A stretch of DNA of 63,989 nt, the filler included, from Thelocarpon superellum (lineage: Eukaryota), in assembly GCA_026025795.1 (NCBI GenBank). It is 4 parts of 4 records of this genome, joined end to end, with 100 filler letters (N's around TTAATTAATTAA, not from the genome) between each part and the next. Parts side by side here need not be neighbours in the genome. Positions count along the whole stretch, not along the records: positions 1 to 16,690 come from JAPEUG010000385.1; 3 more parts are not named here. One strand, written 5' to 3'. The position numbers and the translations under genes were made by a program. Below, in pieces: positions 1 to 13,738 of the stretch (position 1 is the stretch's first letter; every line of letters starts with the position of its first letter). Under the pieces are notes generated by a model. That model was not told the origin of the DNA and searched no databases. It saw only the letters and a list, made by a program, of their open reading frames with translations.

Positions 1-37
1 CCTCGCTCTCGCCCTCGCTCTCGCCCTCGCTCTCGCT
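1..37. repeat. (CTCGCY)n hexamer microsatellite
   Basis: Read directly. Confidence 0.85.
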
Positions 38-618
38 CACGTACGCGGTGCTGAGAGTGCTGTCCTTGGGCTGTGGGTGAGGATTCTTGGAAGCATTGTT
101 GGGTCGGCTTGATTTTGGCGGTGGCAATCCGGAGACCCTCATCTCGTGGATGGCTTGACCAGGCCATCAATGCGCCAAATTCCACAGTCGAGCGGTGTAG
201 GGAGATTGTGGAGGAGAGCCCCAGAAATTATTCCTGTCTCGCCGTAGTGGGAGAATCGCCGTGGGAATATCTGCGAGCAACTACGGCGGAAGCGAGTCAG
301 CCCGACGCAAGATTTGCCGTATGAAGAAACATGTCACATGGCTCCCGTCGACGCACAGCATCGTCGCCCGCTCGCCCGCTCGCTCATTCATGTCAACATC
401 GGATCACACCTGCCTACAGCTACCACTCGCACTCGCAACCACCCTCACTACTTATCAGGCTATCTCTCCTGGAGGACTCCTGGAAGAGAGGGTCTAGCTA
501 GTCAGGTCTGTGTATGAAGCACCATGTTTAGTTTCGTCCCTTGTCCCGCAGCGAATTTCATCACGCATGGACATCGTCGCCACGCACCGATGTTCGGCTG
601 GACAAGCTTCCGATCATC

Positions 619-2937
619 ATGAGCAAGCGGAAAGCGTCGGAGTGCCAGGAGAGACCTGAGCGTTAGTCGAACAAGGCAAACGGGATTTACTTTCTGACGT
701 GTCTTAACCGTGCCTCAGGTTCTCCCAGCCTCCTACCTCCTGCAGCTCCTCGAAGAAGCGCGTATGCCGCCAATCGACGGCTATGGCAACCTGCCGACAA
801 TGTGTCGAATGCCTCCCATGCTAGCCCCAACCTCGATGTCAAACAAAGTGACCCAATTGCCTCAGTATCAGACCCCAGCGGTACAGCCGTGGGGTCATAC
901 GAGCAAAGATCGACGTCATGGACGGGAGTCCATCCTCCGAAAAATGGTGGGGAACAAGACTCATCCGCGGCGCACGTTGACAGAGGCAGTTTTTCTCGGG
1001 GTGGTGCCGACGCTTCGGCGTTAGACACGGATGCTTCTGCGGGAGAAATTGATGCTTCTGGAGAACGATCCGACACTTCTCCTGGAGAAGCCGGTAATTC
1101 TGCGGAGACATCCAATGCTTTCAGCGTGCCCGAGCGGGGAGGTGGGACAGGGAGTCTTAGCCCTCGAACTAAGATGGCATCACCGGAGACCATGGAGCGC
1201 CTGCGTCCCCCAAGGTCCGCAACGGTGCTGCGTGACAATCACGCAGGGCTCCACCTACGCTTAGGACCCAATGTCGTAAGTCTGCCTGGCCACGAGCCTC
1301 CAGTTGGTACACGAGACCTGATGCAAGAACTGGGTAGAGCGTCGCCATCCTTGGTCAGTACGACCTGGTCGTACGGAAAGGTGCAATCTTGCTTCTGGGA
1401 GCAATGCTAGCCCGAGGCACCGCATCGTACCGAGTCTTCGCGCCAGCTTCACATGCAGTGCCGCGGATCTGTTCCCTTCAACCGGATCTCGCCATTCCTT
1501 CGGAGGTTGAGATCGAGATCCGGCCATGCAAGAGTGGTCTCCGTCGACTCAAGTTCTTATCCCCATTGTTCCATCGACTGTGGATCGGCAGCAATCAGCT
1601 CACGGACGTAGACGTCGGCGAATCGTCTCGATCTTTCGCCATGGTACGTCATCTGAGCGTAGCGCTGTGTGCTACTGTCGCTGACCACGCCATATGCGCG
1701 TCAGATGGAGGAAGAAGCCTTGTCCAAGGTGGCGGACCCCCTCGTGATATCGGTTGAACATCACACGCTCTACAATCAGATTATGCGAGCAGCGAGGACG
1801 CGCGCCCCGAGGCTATTGGTCTGTGGCCCACAAGGCTCAGGAAAATCGACCTATGCCCGGATCCTGGTGAACGGGCTGCTCACCACTGTTGATACTCGCC
1901 TCCTCCAACATCACGTTCCTCAAGTCGCCTTCCTCGACCTAGACCCGGGCCAGCCAGAATTCACCCCCCCCGGCCAAGTGTCGCTACTGGTCATCCAGCG
2001 TCCGGTGTTTGGGCCGCCCTTCTCCCACCCTTTCTCTCCCGATGCCGATCCCCAGGAGGGTTTCTACCTCATCTCTTCGCACGCGACTGCAACCCTCACC
2101 CCTGGCGCAGATCCAATTCAATTCGAGGCCTGCGTCAAAAGTCTTATGCTCTCGTATCTAACGACTCTCGGTGAGGAGGTCCCGTTGGTCATCAACTATC
2201 CCGGCTGGCTTTCGGCCCAAGGGGTGGAGCTTCTGCTCCGACTGACCAAGGTCATCTGCCCGAGCACCGTCATCTACCTGGGCGAACTCTCGCCAACAAA
2301 GGCCGTTGACGCGCTCCGTGGCCTGTCCGACCAAATCACGCTCCACGTGCTGCCATCACATACGGGTCGTCGCCATCTGAGAACGCCGGCTCAGTTGAGG
2401 GCCATGCAAACGTGTTCCTACTTCCACCTGATCCAATCCAGAGCCGGACTCCTTCAGTGGGATGCCACCCCGCTTACCCGCGTGCCATCGTGGGTCATCG
2501 GCTATGACGCTGGCCCACGTGCCATTTCTCTCAGTGTCAGTGGGGGTATCCGACTCTCCCTTCCGAATGTTCTGCGCGTCATCTCCGGCTCCGTGGTCGC
2601 GGTCGTGGTCGTCTACAAACCGGACATCTTCACGTCCGAGAACGTCACTGCGCCGGATCCCGCCCAATCGAGCTGCCTGGGCCAGGCTCTGGTGCGAAGC
2701 ATCGACTCCTTCACCAAGACGATGCAGCTCGTAACGCCAATTCCACGAGCGCTGCTTGATGGCATGTTCGATCAGGGCTACCATCTCGTGCTGGTATGCG
2801 GGAGGGGCGATATTCCCCATTGGGCCTACGACGAAGAGCTCAACGTGGCCAATTCGCGGTCCGCCAAGGCGTCGTCGAGCCTTGGTGCGCAACGCACGCA
2901 GAGTATGACCGGCACGGCCGCGGCGGTGACTCAATAG
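619..2937 (+). CDS. GRC3: Polynucleotide 5'-hydroxyl kinase Grc3/Nol9 (Clp1 family), spliced
   Basis: Walker A CGPQGSGKST, DLDPGQPEFTPPG and INYPGW motifs, plus C-terminal CLGQALVRSID. GT-AG introns near 1276 and 1644 join ORFs 802-1410, 1389-1757 and 1669-2937. Start ATG 619 (MSKRK) is tentative. Confidence 0.88.
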
Positions 2938-3231
2938 GGAGTTGATTCTTCCGGCTGGCAACCTGGGCCCTACGAGATTAAATATTGGGCGACTTGTGCG
3001 CGTGTCCGCGACGGCGGGAACCGTCCACTTATGGCATCACAGCGTGCAGTGGCAACCACTATCCAGGACCCGGGCTTCTCCCGTGACAGCGGGTCTTGGT
3101 TTTGGTCTTGAACATGGATACGGTGACCGTCATGATCATGTTCAAGATCTTGGTCATGGTCATGATGCATTCTTAAGCCTTTAATCTAGAGAGCGTACAT
3201 GCGACCAGCCTGTGCAGGCGCCCCATCACGC

Positions 3232-3860
<629 letters not shown>

Positions 3861-4749
3861 TCAGTACCTGGTGTCTCTGGTGGCGACACCAATAGTTTGG
3901 AGGAGAGGAGGAGAGAGGAAAGATCGGGCTCGGACTGAGATTTCATCGCGACTTTCCACACATACCTCGACAGAAACTGTCGTCCTAAGCTATCGTGCAG
4001 ACGTGGTTGATAATCCGAGAGATACGGTCGAAGAGCCACCAAGAGTCGCGAGTGTGTGCCAAAATCAGCGTAGTCGTCTCCCGCCGGGTTGCAACCCTAC
4101 CATAAGCGATCACCTGACGATGATCGTGACTCGACGGTCACCTGATCTGGGAGGTGCTCTCCTGTGGCAACCAGCGCTTAGCGATAGCCGCTCAAGCGAC
4201 TGTCCAGCGACGCTATCGCTCTGGCGGTTGCTGTAGTAGCGAGTGTTTACCTATCCGGGGCACCTCCAGCCTTATTACCGTGAGCCTCGATCGGAACTGT
4301 CACGCACTTCCTCTCCACTCTCCAGTCATCTCCAAAACCAATCTCTGCCAAACAATTCACCTGCAATCTACACAAATCTTGCTCGCGAGTGCTGCAAGCT
4401 CCTACGCTCAAAAAATCACCTGACCCGTCCTCGAGGAGTACCATTTCCCCAGGGGAGCTCCTGCACAGAACCACCGATCGACCATTGCACGTACGGGTCT
4501 GAGGAGGACTCCCACCTACTCTAAAAAATCATCCACATCATCAACTCTGCTGGGCGAGATTTGAACCATCCCTTCTCTGCCCGGCCGAACGGCTTGCGCT
4601 GCGTGAGGTGAGGTGCTCTCGAGGTTTGTCCCATTGATCGAGCGCGCTGCATGCTCAACTGGCACCATCGTGTAGTCTCGGATCAAGAGAGATATCTCTC
4701 CCCAGTATATCTTCCGCCAATCCATCATCCGAACTCGACTCGCATCCTC

Positions 4750-7206
4750 ATGCTGTCCAATCCTAACTCCAGCCTGTACCAACGCCAACGACAACACCGA
4801 CGACAAAACTCGACCCCCAACGCGTTCCAGGCACCCAAGGTACCACTCCTGCCCGCCACGGCCGTCACCCGACATGGCATGCACCGACGAGGTCAGAGCT
4901 TAGACCAACGCACGCCCTCACGACGACAATCCCTGCAGGAGGGTCTCACGGTAAGTACCACCCCCGGATTACAACCCAACCAACAGCATATTTTGCGAGA
5001 AGCGCAGCAGCAACGACTGGCTCGACCGGGCCAACCACCAAATCATGCATTCTTGACCGCGCATTTGGAAGAACCGCCGGCCGGATGTTTCGACGCATGT
5101 TTCAGCTCCACTGGTGGACTGGACAATCACTCTCATTCTCATTCGCAGCCTCAGGGGCACGGCCATCACCCTGCCACGGACCTCCATCAGCTCGCGGGTG
5201 GACCGTCGGGTGGAGAGCCTTACCATCTCAACGTGCCGCCTGGAGGAAAGTCGGGCCCGCCTGCTGGATACCTCGACGGTTTCGGGTCTGGGCTCGACGA
5301 AAATCACATGGCCAGCAATTACGGCCGAATGAAACACCCACACGACCGCAATGCGTGCGTGACGCTGGATGAGAATGGCATCGCACGGCGATGGTCGCAG
5401 CAGATGGAGCCCGGGAGTCAGCTCCAGAGACCGAATACGCCTCCCAACGCAAGCAATGCAGGTGAGTTCACGCACGGTGCTTACTCTTGGCGCACCCGGC
5501 TGAGCCCGGCAGGACGCTGGCCCCTCACCCCTGATGCCACGCCGCATCGAGGCCAGACACAGAACGACGGCGTCCGCCACGTGCAGGCCAACGGTGCGGA
5601 GTTCTTCCGCGACGGCGCAGGTCATGAACGACGCCCCTCGGCCCTTCTTCGCAGCGGTTCCTGTGCGGACATCTTCACCGATGGATCCCACTCTGTCCCA
5701 CGCAATGCCCTGCCGTCTCCGCCCAACACCGGACCTCTCACCTTTCCGACGTCGTATGAGCTGGTGCCGATGCCGAACGCCAATTTCATGAGCATGTCGT
5801 CGCTGAATATGAATCTCTCGGAGAGCGACAATGGGTACGACTCGTCCTACTACTCACCCCTGTCGGCCGCACTCTCGCCGTCGCAGTCATCCTTCCTCTC
5901 CTCGCCGGAGATGGAGCAGCTGCAGCTCTTCGGGAATCCACTCGAGACCGCGCCGAATCTGGCGAAGCCCGTGGGGGTGTCAATCTTGCCCTCGTCACAG
6001 AGCTCCGTGGACCTCAGCGACTCAGGCTCGCCGATGAAGGGGATGCCATCGCGGTCCATGTCGGTGGCCGATCTGAACCTGGACGCATCCATCAAGGACA
6101 CGGGCATCACGCTCGACGACATCTCGACTTTCATCGAAGGTCCCGACCCAGCCGACGGAAAATGGGTCTGCCTGTACCCGGACTGCAACAAGAAATTCGG
6201 ACGCAAGGAGAACATCAAATCGCACGTGCAGACGCACCTTGGCGACCGACAATACCGATGCAACCACTGCAAGAAATGCTTCGTGCGTCAGCACGACCTG
6301 AAGCGCCATGCCAAGATCCACAGCGGGGTCAAGCCGTATCCATGTCTCTGTGGCAATAGCTTCGCCCGCCACGACGCCTTGACGCGGCACCGGCAGCGAG
6401 GCATGTGCATCGGCGCCTTTGAGGGCGTCGTCAAGAAGGTGGCCAAACGAGGACGGCCGCGCAAACATCGACCGGAGGCGGATGAGCGACACGACAAAGC
6501 GACGCGCACACGGCAGAAGGCCGTGGCCATGTCGCAAAGCTCGTCGGCCTCTGGAGCGTCGGTCCACTCATACGACCAGGGTTCACCTGCGGGGGATGAC
6601 GGAGAGGGCAGTCTCAGCAGTCGCAGCATGAGTCCCCTCGAGCTGCTCACGCAAGGCTTCCAGCCGGACGAGGCCGGGCCATCCTCCGGCGGACCTCGGT
6701 ACACGCCGCCCACGTCGCCGCACACGGTGTCCAAGGCCTGCGTCGAGCCTCTCGCCCTGCATCACTCGCCCTCCTCCGACCATAGCCCCGTGGCCTCGTC
6801 CAGCGCGGTGCCTGACCAGGAGATGATGGAGTCGCTCCCGGCGGGGTCGACGCATGCCTCCCCTGGCAAGAGCTCGAGTAGCCAGTACAATACGCCCCCG
6901 GACCTCTGCCTCTCGTCTTCATCGCCGCCGTCTTCGCGGCTCTTCGGGCTGGAGGCGGCCGTCGCGGACGCGGGACCAGAACAGCAATCCATCGAGCACA
7001 TGTTCGACGACAACGCCAACTTTTCCGACTTTGGTCTTACCAGCGCCAGCCAGCAAGCCAACGACATGTTCCTCGACTTTTCGCGGGCCGATGAAGAGAT
7101 GACGACGCTGGAGAAGGACCCTAACATGCTGCTGTTCGACCGACTTGACGAGGCCTTTACCGACGGGTCGTTCGGCCAGGGATCGGGTTCGGACATGTTC
7201 TTCTAG
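4750..7206 (+). CDS. ACE2: C2H2 zinc-finger transcription factor, Ace2/Swi5-like
   Basis: N-terminal RQRQHRRQNSTP and HRRGQSLD motifs; zinc fingers CLYPDCNKKFGRKENIKSHVQTH, CNHCKKCFVRQHDLKRHAKIH and CLCGNSFARHDALTRH. Probable in-frame 51-nt intron at about 5462-5512. Confidence 0.92.
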   Translation: MLSNPNSSLYQRQRQHRRQNSTPNAFQAPKVPLLPATAVTRHGMHRRGQSLDQRTPSRRQSLQEGLTVSTTPGLQPNQQHILREAQQQRLARPGQPPNHAFLTAHLEEPPAGCFDACFSSTGGLDNHSHSHSQPQGHGHHPATDLHQLAGGPSGGEPYHLNVPPGGKSGPPAGYLDGFGSGLDENHMASNYGRMKHPHDRNACVTLDENGIARRWSQQMEPGSQLQRPNTPPNASNAGEFTHGAYSWRTRLSPAGRWPLTPDATPHRGQTQNDGVRHVQANGAEFFRDGAGHERRPSALLRSGSCADIFTDGSHSVPRNALPSPPNTGPLTFPTSYELVPMPNANFMSMSSLNMNLSESDNGYDSSYYSPLSAALSPSQSSFLSSPEMEQLQLFGNPLETAPNLAKPVGVSILPSSQSSVDLSDSGSPMKGMPSRSMSVADLNLDASIKDTGITLDDISTFIEGPDPADGKWVCLYPDCNKKFGRKENIKSHVQTHLGDRQYRCNHCKKCFVRQHDLKRHAKIHSGVKPYPCLCGNSFARHDALTRHRQRGMCIGAFEGVVKKVAKRGRPRKHRPEADERHDKATRTRQKAVAMSQSSSASGASVHSYDQGSPAGDDGEGSLSSRSMSPLELLTQGFQPDEAGPSSGGPRYTPPTSPHTVSKACVEPLALHHSPSSDHSPVASSSAVPDQEMMESLPAGSTHASPGKSSSSQYNTPPDLCLSSSSPPSSRLFGLEAAVADAGPEQQSIEHMFDDNANFSDFGLTSASQQANDMFLDFSRADEEMTTLEKDPNMLLFDRLDEAFTDGSFGQGSGSDMFF

Positions 7207-10200
7207 ATGACGACGGAACGATGTCTGATGCTTGCTTCCGCGGTGCGTGTATCGTAGTCAACGGATGTGGCGCAGCTGCAGGCAGGAGATGACGGAACGG
7301 GCTCGCTGAACGAATGCTTAGACAGGTGGGCGGACACGGGACTTGGACTTGGACGGCTGTGAACGTCTTCACGGGGAGGGAAGGGCAGCGGCGCTAGCAA
7401 TCTTTTCGTGTCTTGTCTTGTCTTGTCATGTCTGATCTGATCCTCTTTCACGGTCCTTACGGTCCTCTGGTGCTTTGGTCAGTCTCGAGGGTAGCAAAGC
7501 CGCCATTCACTTAGCAATACAAGGACGCCTTAGACAGGACCTACGATGATGAGCACAACAGGAAGAGATTGTCCAGCACACGCTCGGTCGGATCAGGAGG
7601 TCGATGGACTCCCGATCTGACCTGTTCCAAGACTTGCACCAATTCAAGTGAAGAGCAGATTTGCAGGTAGAACGTCACCATCGAAGTCGCGATGTGTAGG
7701 ACCCACGCCGTATTATCACACATCAGACGTCGATTGACGTTTGACCAGGTCATTGTGTGTTTTCCTTTTTGCTTCCTGGAGATGAGATGGTCCAGAAGTG
7801 CTCCGATATTCACGTCACAGCTGTTGTCCTCGTACTTTCGCGTATGCTCTCGTAAACTCTCCCTGGAAGCGGAGATAGAGTACAGGTCTCGCCGAGATCG
7901 TGCTACGGCCATCCGCCATTTGGACGTTGGACCCAGTCGGCCACACGATCGCAACCTACTTGCTTGGCAAGGACGGACTCGCCGCCCACGCACCGTCCAT
8001 GCATGTAAGTGAGCACGACACATGGCCGGGCATGAGAGGCTGACAGGTGGTGAGGGTCAGGCTGAAAACGGCCATGGCGAATGAAGGGCCGTACGTGTTC
8101 GCCATGCATGCCATCTTCGTTTTCTGACTTGAGGGGACGAGACGCATACACCCATTACGAAGTACTCAATTCACTAGTGGTTACTACGATAGTAGTTCAC
8201 TCCAATATTCGCGAACCTTTTCGTCCCATGGTCTATGCTCTTAGTAAGAGTACTCGTACAAGTGCAGCAACGAATGCATGGTGCGTGCATATTGCGTCGG
8301 TGGCGCTGGCTTTGGCTGCTGTCTCACATGTCAAAGTCGATTTCTCGCATTATTATTCATCATCGTCATCGGGCTCATAGTTTCCTTCTACTACATTCTA
8401 CTAGAGTGTAACTTGTACGGGTGCCACGACCGCCCCAGAATACGGGACGCAATTCCGGAGATGCTCGTACGAAGAGCAAGGGAAGAGCCAGCGACGCAGA
8501 CCGAAGTGCTCCCGGACCTGAGTACCACGTCTCTGGGAAGCATCTTCGGGGGTTCGGCGACCGGACACCGGGCTCTAGGAGATGCCGAAGTCGCCGTCGC
8601 CGCGGCGGCCGAGGCGGGCGACCCGCCAGTCAACCGTAAACTTCGACCACCCTGCTCATTTTTGGTCCCACGTCTCCGGCGAGTGTAAGCATGAGCACCC
8701 GATCTGCTGACAGAGGCGCCAGTCGAGTTACGGGTGCCAAGCGATAGGATTCGGGAGACGGCATTTCAGGTCGTCCGGACGATCTTCGGCATGGCATACG
8801 ATGCTGATGCAGTCTGCCAGCTGCTAGCGGTCGTGCCGACTCATGCAATCGTGCCGGTAATTCCGTAGGTGTGGTCGTGGTCACGTCCAGATTGGCCACT
8901 GCAGAAGCGGTCGGGTGTCGTGTGCCCTCCCCCTTGGCGCGGCCTCACTCAGCTAGGTGACAGATGTGGTCATGGGTCTTGTGACCCCTTCGCCCGCAGC
9001 ACCGTGCACCTGCACCCGGCGGTGGTGTTGTGTCCTTGGCTGCTGAGTCAGAGTGGCCCAGGAGCCGTGGGCGGCGATGCTAGAGTTTTGGCTGGCAAAC
9101 GGTCGGCAGGGTGTTTTGCGAGCCCGACCGGGGTTGCGACGTGCACATTTCGGCAGGGCGCTGGAGGCGGCTTGCCGGCTTGGCGCCGACGCCATAGGGT
9201 CTCCTACGTCACCCCTCGGTTAATAGGGGTCATTGATGGCGCGGCCTCTCACCGCATGCTGGTTGGTCGGCAAACGAGCAGAACGGGCAGGACGACTGGT
9301 CGGTCGGCCCCACCGATCTGGCATCGTGACAGGGAAAGAGCTTCAAACCCCGCCCCTTCGCAATCATACCTGTTTTCGGCATGGGTGTTGTCGCACCACC
9401 GTGCCACCGCGGACGCTGCGTCAGCGTCAGTTCGCGGCGCCAATGCGCTTGCCCCAGTTTCGCGCGTCGTCTGCTCTTGATTTGAGCGTACGAGTACAGA
9501 TCCAATTTTCTCCGACACGGCGACTAAGTGGTCATCGTCAGGCCGCACGCGTCGCTAAATCAAAATTACTGTGTACCGACGGCGCCATTGTGCACCGCTC
9601 TCGTGCACCGCGGTTGCCCGTACTGGACCAGCTGGCCGGCCACCTGATCCCCACTACCCTCGCCCCTCGAGCGGGCGGGGAGGCATGGGGTTGGCGGAGG
9701 TGGAAGCGGTGGGGAAGGAGCCACTCAACCTGCGCGCGGTCCGTCGCCATCGCATCGCGGGGCAAGTTGCGAGGCGACGGGGTGCGGCGATCCCGACCAC
9801 GCCTGCTGCAGGGTGATGACCATGCGTTGATCTGACGGGCAAATCGAAAACGGAGATGAGGGTGGTCGTGAGGGAGCCAGCGCGCGGCGGGGGCGCAGCT
9901 TGCATCGTCACATCTGATTAGATACATATGGCCCGGAGTAGTTGGGGCTTGCCGTCATGTCGGCGGCGTAAGGGCAGACAAGCCCTTCGTTGAGCCTGCA
10001 TGGCACATGGATGCCCTGTCAAGCCGTCACCACCGAAAACAGCGCGCCCTACGATGCCAAGAACCGGCGCTGGAAGTGGAGACAAGCTTCCGCGTCTTCC
10101 GGCCGCTCCACACGCACCCCCCAGTTCCAGTCTGGGACGGAAGAGTTCGACCTTCAACCCGATCGTGCGTTGCATTCCTCGCCGCCCGACACAAGTAGGG

Positions 10201-10934
10201 CGTCGTGCGCCGTGCGCCATGCGCATCCGCGCCACCGCTCCTTCTTCCGTCTATTGCCGAAGCGGCCGCAATCCCGCGGTGCGGTGTTGCCAGCGTTGCC
10301 GCCGAGAGAACGAGGACCGTATAGGCCTTTGGTGCATAGAAGCGCGCTGTAGGCCGCACGTACAAGTACTCGTACGCCGCACGCCGCAAACGGCGCCCGG
10401 TCGACGGCCGACTTCCGGGCCGATGTGAAGGGGGGAGCTTCCATTGGCGAGCGTCTTCGTGGCCGGCCTTGCAGCTCCGAGCCGGTCGCCTGTGATTCGT
10501 CGTCTTGCCAAGCCCGCGCACCCACCTTCCCTAGAGCCACCCTCATAATACAGCACCTTCGACCACGCCGACCACTCACACGTCCCCATGTCTGCAAGCC
10601 CGACGGCTACGTACGACATTTGACCACTCCAGGCACTCTACGCTACTGTACCGTCGTTGCTTGCTTCGCTCACCCTGACGTCGAGCACTGAGTCTCAGTG
10701 CCCGTCCACCACCCTCATCTCTACGCCTTTCTCCCTCAACGCCCTGGTCTGCCCGGTTGTGTGGCCGTGGCTGTTCGCCTGGCCGTCGGCGATCGCTGCC
10801 AGTCCCTCGAGCCAGGTCCGCGGCGTTGCGCGCACACGCCGTGCGGCGGATCGTGGTTAGGGAGCGCCATCCGAGCCCGAGCCTGCGCGGATCGGGCGTG
10901 GTTGTCGACCCACCGCGGCTGTCCCGTCACGTCG

Positions 10935-12525
10935 ATGATGAAGAACTCCACCTATGCCACCATGTGGAGAGACCGTCCACAGTCTACCGGCTCCGAATCC
11001 AAGTCGCTGTTCCTATGGCCCTCGATGCCCGTCCTCGTCCCTCACCGTCTGCGGCGAAAGTGGCGATCGCGCCTCCGGAGCCGACAATCGCCCGCCTCCT
11101 CCTTGACGGCCATCGAGACCTCTTTTTCGCCCGCCGACACCCTCCGCGCTCTGCGTATGCATCGCTGGTCCTATTATGATGGGCAGTATCTCTTACTCCT
11201 GATCATTGCCGTCTTCTCGCTCTCGGTCATCCAGACGCCGGGGCCCATCGTCAAAACGTTGGTCGCTACCCTGCTCATGGGCTCGCTCGTCTTCCCCATC
11301 ACCCGACAGTTCTTCTTACCCTTTCTCCCCATCGCGACGTGGCTCATCTTTTTTCTGGCGTGCGGGTGAGTGACCATGGCCGCCCGTCTCTGGCACACCT
11401 GGGCGTGCGCCGGATGCCGGGCTCGCTCCTCACGGCACATGCTAACCCGCGCACCAGCTTCGTTTCCAGCGACTATCGGCCCCCGATCTGGGTCCGCGTG
11501 CTGCCGGCGTTGGAAAACATCTTCTACGGTGCCAACCTCAGCAACATCCTCTCGGCTCACCAGAGCGTAGTCCTCGATGTCCTCGCCTGGCTCCCCTACG
11601 GCATCGTGCATTTTGCCGCACCCTTTCTCTGCTCCGCCGTCACGTTTGTCTTTGGTCCGCCTGGCTCCGTCCCCGTTTTTGCGCGGAGCTTCGGCTACAT
11701 GAACCTCATTGGCGTCACGATCCAGATGCTCTTCCCTTGCTCCCCCCCATGTGAGCGCCCATTCCTCCGGCCGCCCGTGCCCCTCTGGGTCCACGTTGAG
11801 CGAGGCTGATGGTGGCGCAGGGTACGAGAATAAGTTTGGCCTCGCCCCCGCCGACTATTCCATGGCGGGCTCGCCGGCCGGCCTCGCGCGCATCGATCGG
11901 CTCTTTGGCATCGACATGTACACGTCGAATTTCACGGCCTCGCCCGTCGTCTTTGGCGCCTTTCCCTCGCTGCACGCGGGGTGCGCGACCATTGAGGCGC
12001 TCTTTCTAAGCCACCTCTTCCCGCGCCTTCGTCCCTTCTTCGTCATGTACACCATCTGGATCTGGTGGGCCACCATGTACCTCTCCCACCACTACGCCGT
12101 CGACCTCGTCGGGGGCAGCTTACGTAAGGCATCTTCCTCCGAACCGTGGTCACATCACTGACCCGTGTCCAGTGGCGGGCATGGTCTTTTACATTGCAAA
12201 GGCCAAATACCTTCCTCGCGTGCAGCAGGATAAGGAGACCAGATGGGACTACGACTACGTGGAGATTGGTGACGTCTCGAACGAACACAGCTATGGCCTG
12301 GCCGAGTTGGACACGGAGTTCCGCCACAGCGTGTCCGACAGCGACGAGTGGACGGCAGGGTCGTCATCCTCGGTCTCCTCGGACTGCATGAGCCCGATGG
12401 AAGAGGGTCATTCCTTGTGGGAGGGTGAGACGCTCGGGTCGCATTCCGACAGTGACAGCCATGATCCCGCTCTCGATGCGGCAGGGCGCGATGAGCGTCG
12501 CATCTCACCTCCGGGTAGACGATGA
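10935..12525 (+). CDS. AUR1: Inositol phosphorylceramide synthase (aureobasidin A resistance protein), 3 introns
   Basis: RPPIWVRVLPALENIFYGANLSNILS, GSPAGLARID, GAFPSLHAG and YLSHHYAVDLVGG motifs, joined by GT-AG introns. Confidence 0.95.
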
Positions 12526-13694
12526 CCGACGGAGCCTCATTCGGTCCCGTTGTTTCATCACCACGGAACGGCGTTGGTCGCGATTCCCGATGCATTGGGC
12601 GGATTTGCGGATGCGGGCGCAGTGTTTCAGCCAGGGCACCAAGTTGGTGCGACTGTTTTCTTGTGGCACTTGGAGGCGAGCGGAGCTGTGGGTTGTGACT
12701 TTGCGAAGCTTGCTCGATACCGCGACACCACGTCTAACACGATCCTCACCTTTACTCTCGCACTCGGATTCGGACTCGGACTCCCGGGCTCATGGGCATG
12801 CCATCGACCTGCTTCATTGTCTTGCGGTTGGATAGGACTCATCTTACGCTGGGGCGAGCTGGGAGAAAGAAGTCCTGAGGTCGGGGTTGATTGAGATGAG
12901 CTCTTTCGACGGAAGTGGCACGCATGATCGCTCGCGCTTCCTTGTCTTCGCTGGATTCGCCTGGTGGAGTCATTGGCGTTACGTGGGTGACGCAGCGACT
13001 CTGACTGGCACCGGACGAGGTTGGCGGCGTCGATGAACGGCACTGCACGAACGATAGACTTTGCGCGACTCACCGTTGCTCTTGATGTCTACCCTCACTT
13101 TTCCCTCGTTCCTGCCTCATGCTTGAGCTAGCGCAAGCCTCGTGTTTTCCTCTACCTTCTCTGGTAATTGTTTGCGGTCGTCACTGGAAGAGGAAGCGCA
13201 GCAGCGTTCTGATGGGCGGAGAAATCAGCAGACGACGGACGGATGGATGGATGGACGAACGGACCTCAGAGACGGACCTTCGCGACGTTTTGGTTGGCAT
13301 CAATCGAGCAGTCATTGCAACGAGCACGACGCAAGCGCGCAGCAAGCACGCAGCAAGCATCATGATTCAGGACTAGCGCAGTCCTGCGTCCTGTACCCTG
13401 TGGTTTGAAAATCGCCTCTTGACCTTCGTGGCGCCTCCACCTATACTCAACGCTCCCCCTCCGACCTTTCTTGCGGCGTGGCTCGCTCCGCCCGGCCCTG
13501 CGCAGCGCGGCGTTGAGCGTCTCACCGTTGAACTCTTACGACTAGTATCAGTATCAGTATTAGTATGAGGACGAGGACGAGGAAGCGTTGTGGCAGTAGT
13601 GTTAGACTACCAATATCGTATCATTACCCTCTGCTGAACGTGATAAATATACTGTGTCTCGGAAGGAACAAAGTGGCGGAGAGCGGGCAGTGAG

Positions 13695-13722
13695 TTGATT
13701 GATTGATTGATTGATTGATTGA
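13695..13722. repeat. (TTGA)7 microsatellite just downstream of the prefoldin stop codon
   Basis: Read directly. Confidence 0.9.
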
Positions 13723-13738
13723 TGATTGATATATGTAT

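Noticed and set aside
3095..3170. CATGAT/TCTTG-rich quasi-repeat that might be a snoRNA
   Set aside because: Low-complexity slippage pattern in convergent 3' UTRs; no convincing paired C/D boxes with terminal stem.
4651..4749. Upstream in-frame ATG extending Ace2 by 33 aa
   Set aside because: Appears to lie in a probable 5'-UTR intron (GTGAGG...TGTAG, about 4608-4675); the conserved N-terminus begins at MLSNP.
9233..10691. Multiple overlapping 100-200 aa ORFs upstream of AUR1
   Set aside because: Arg/Pro/Ala-rich translations in all frames, typical of GC-rich non-coding DNA.
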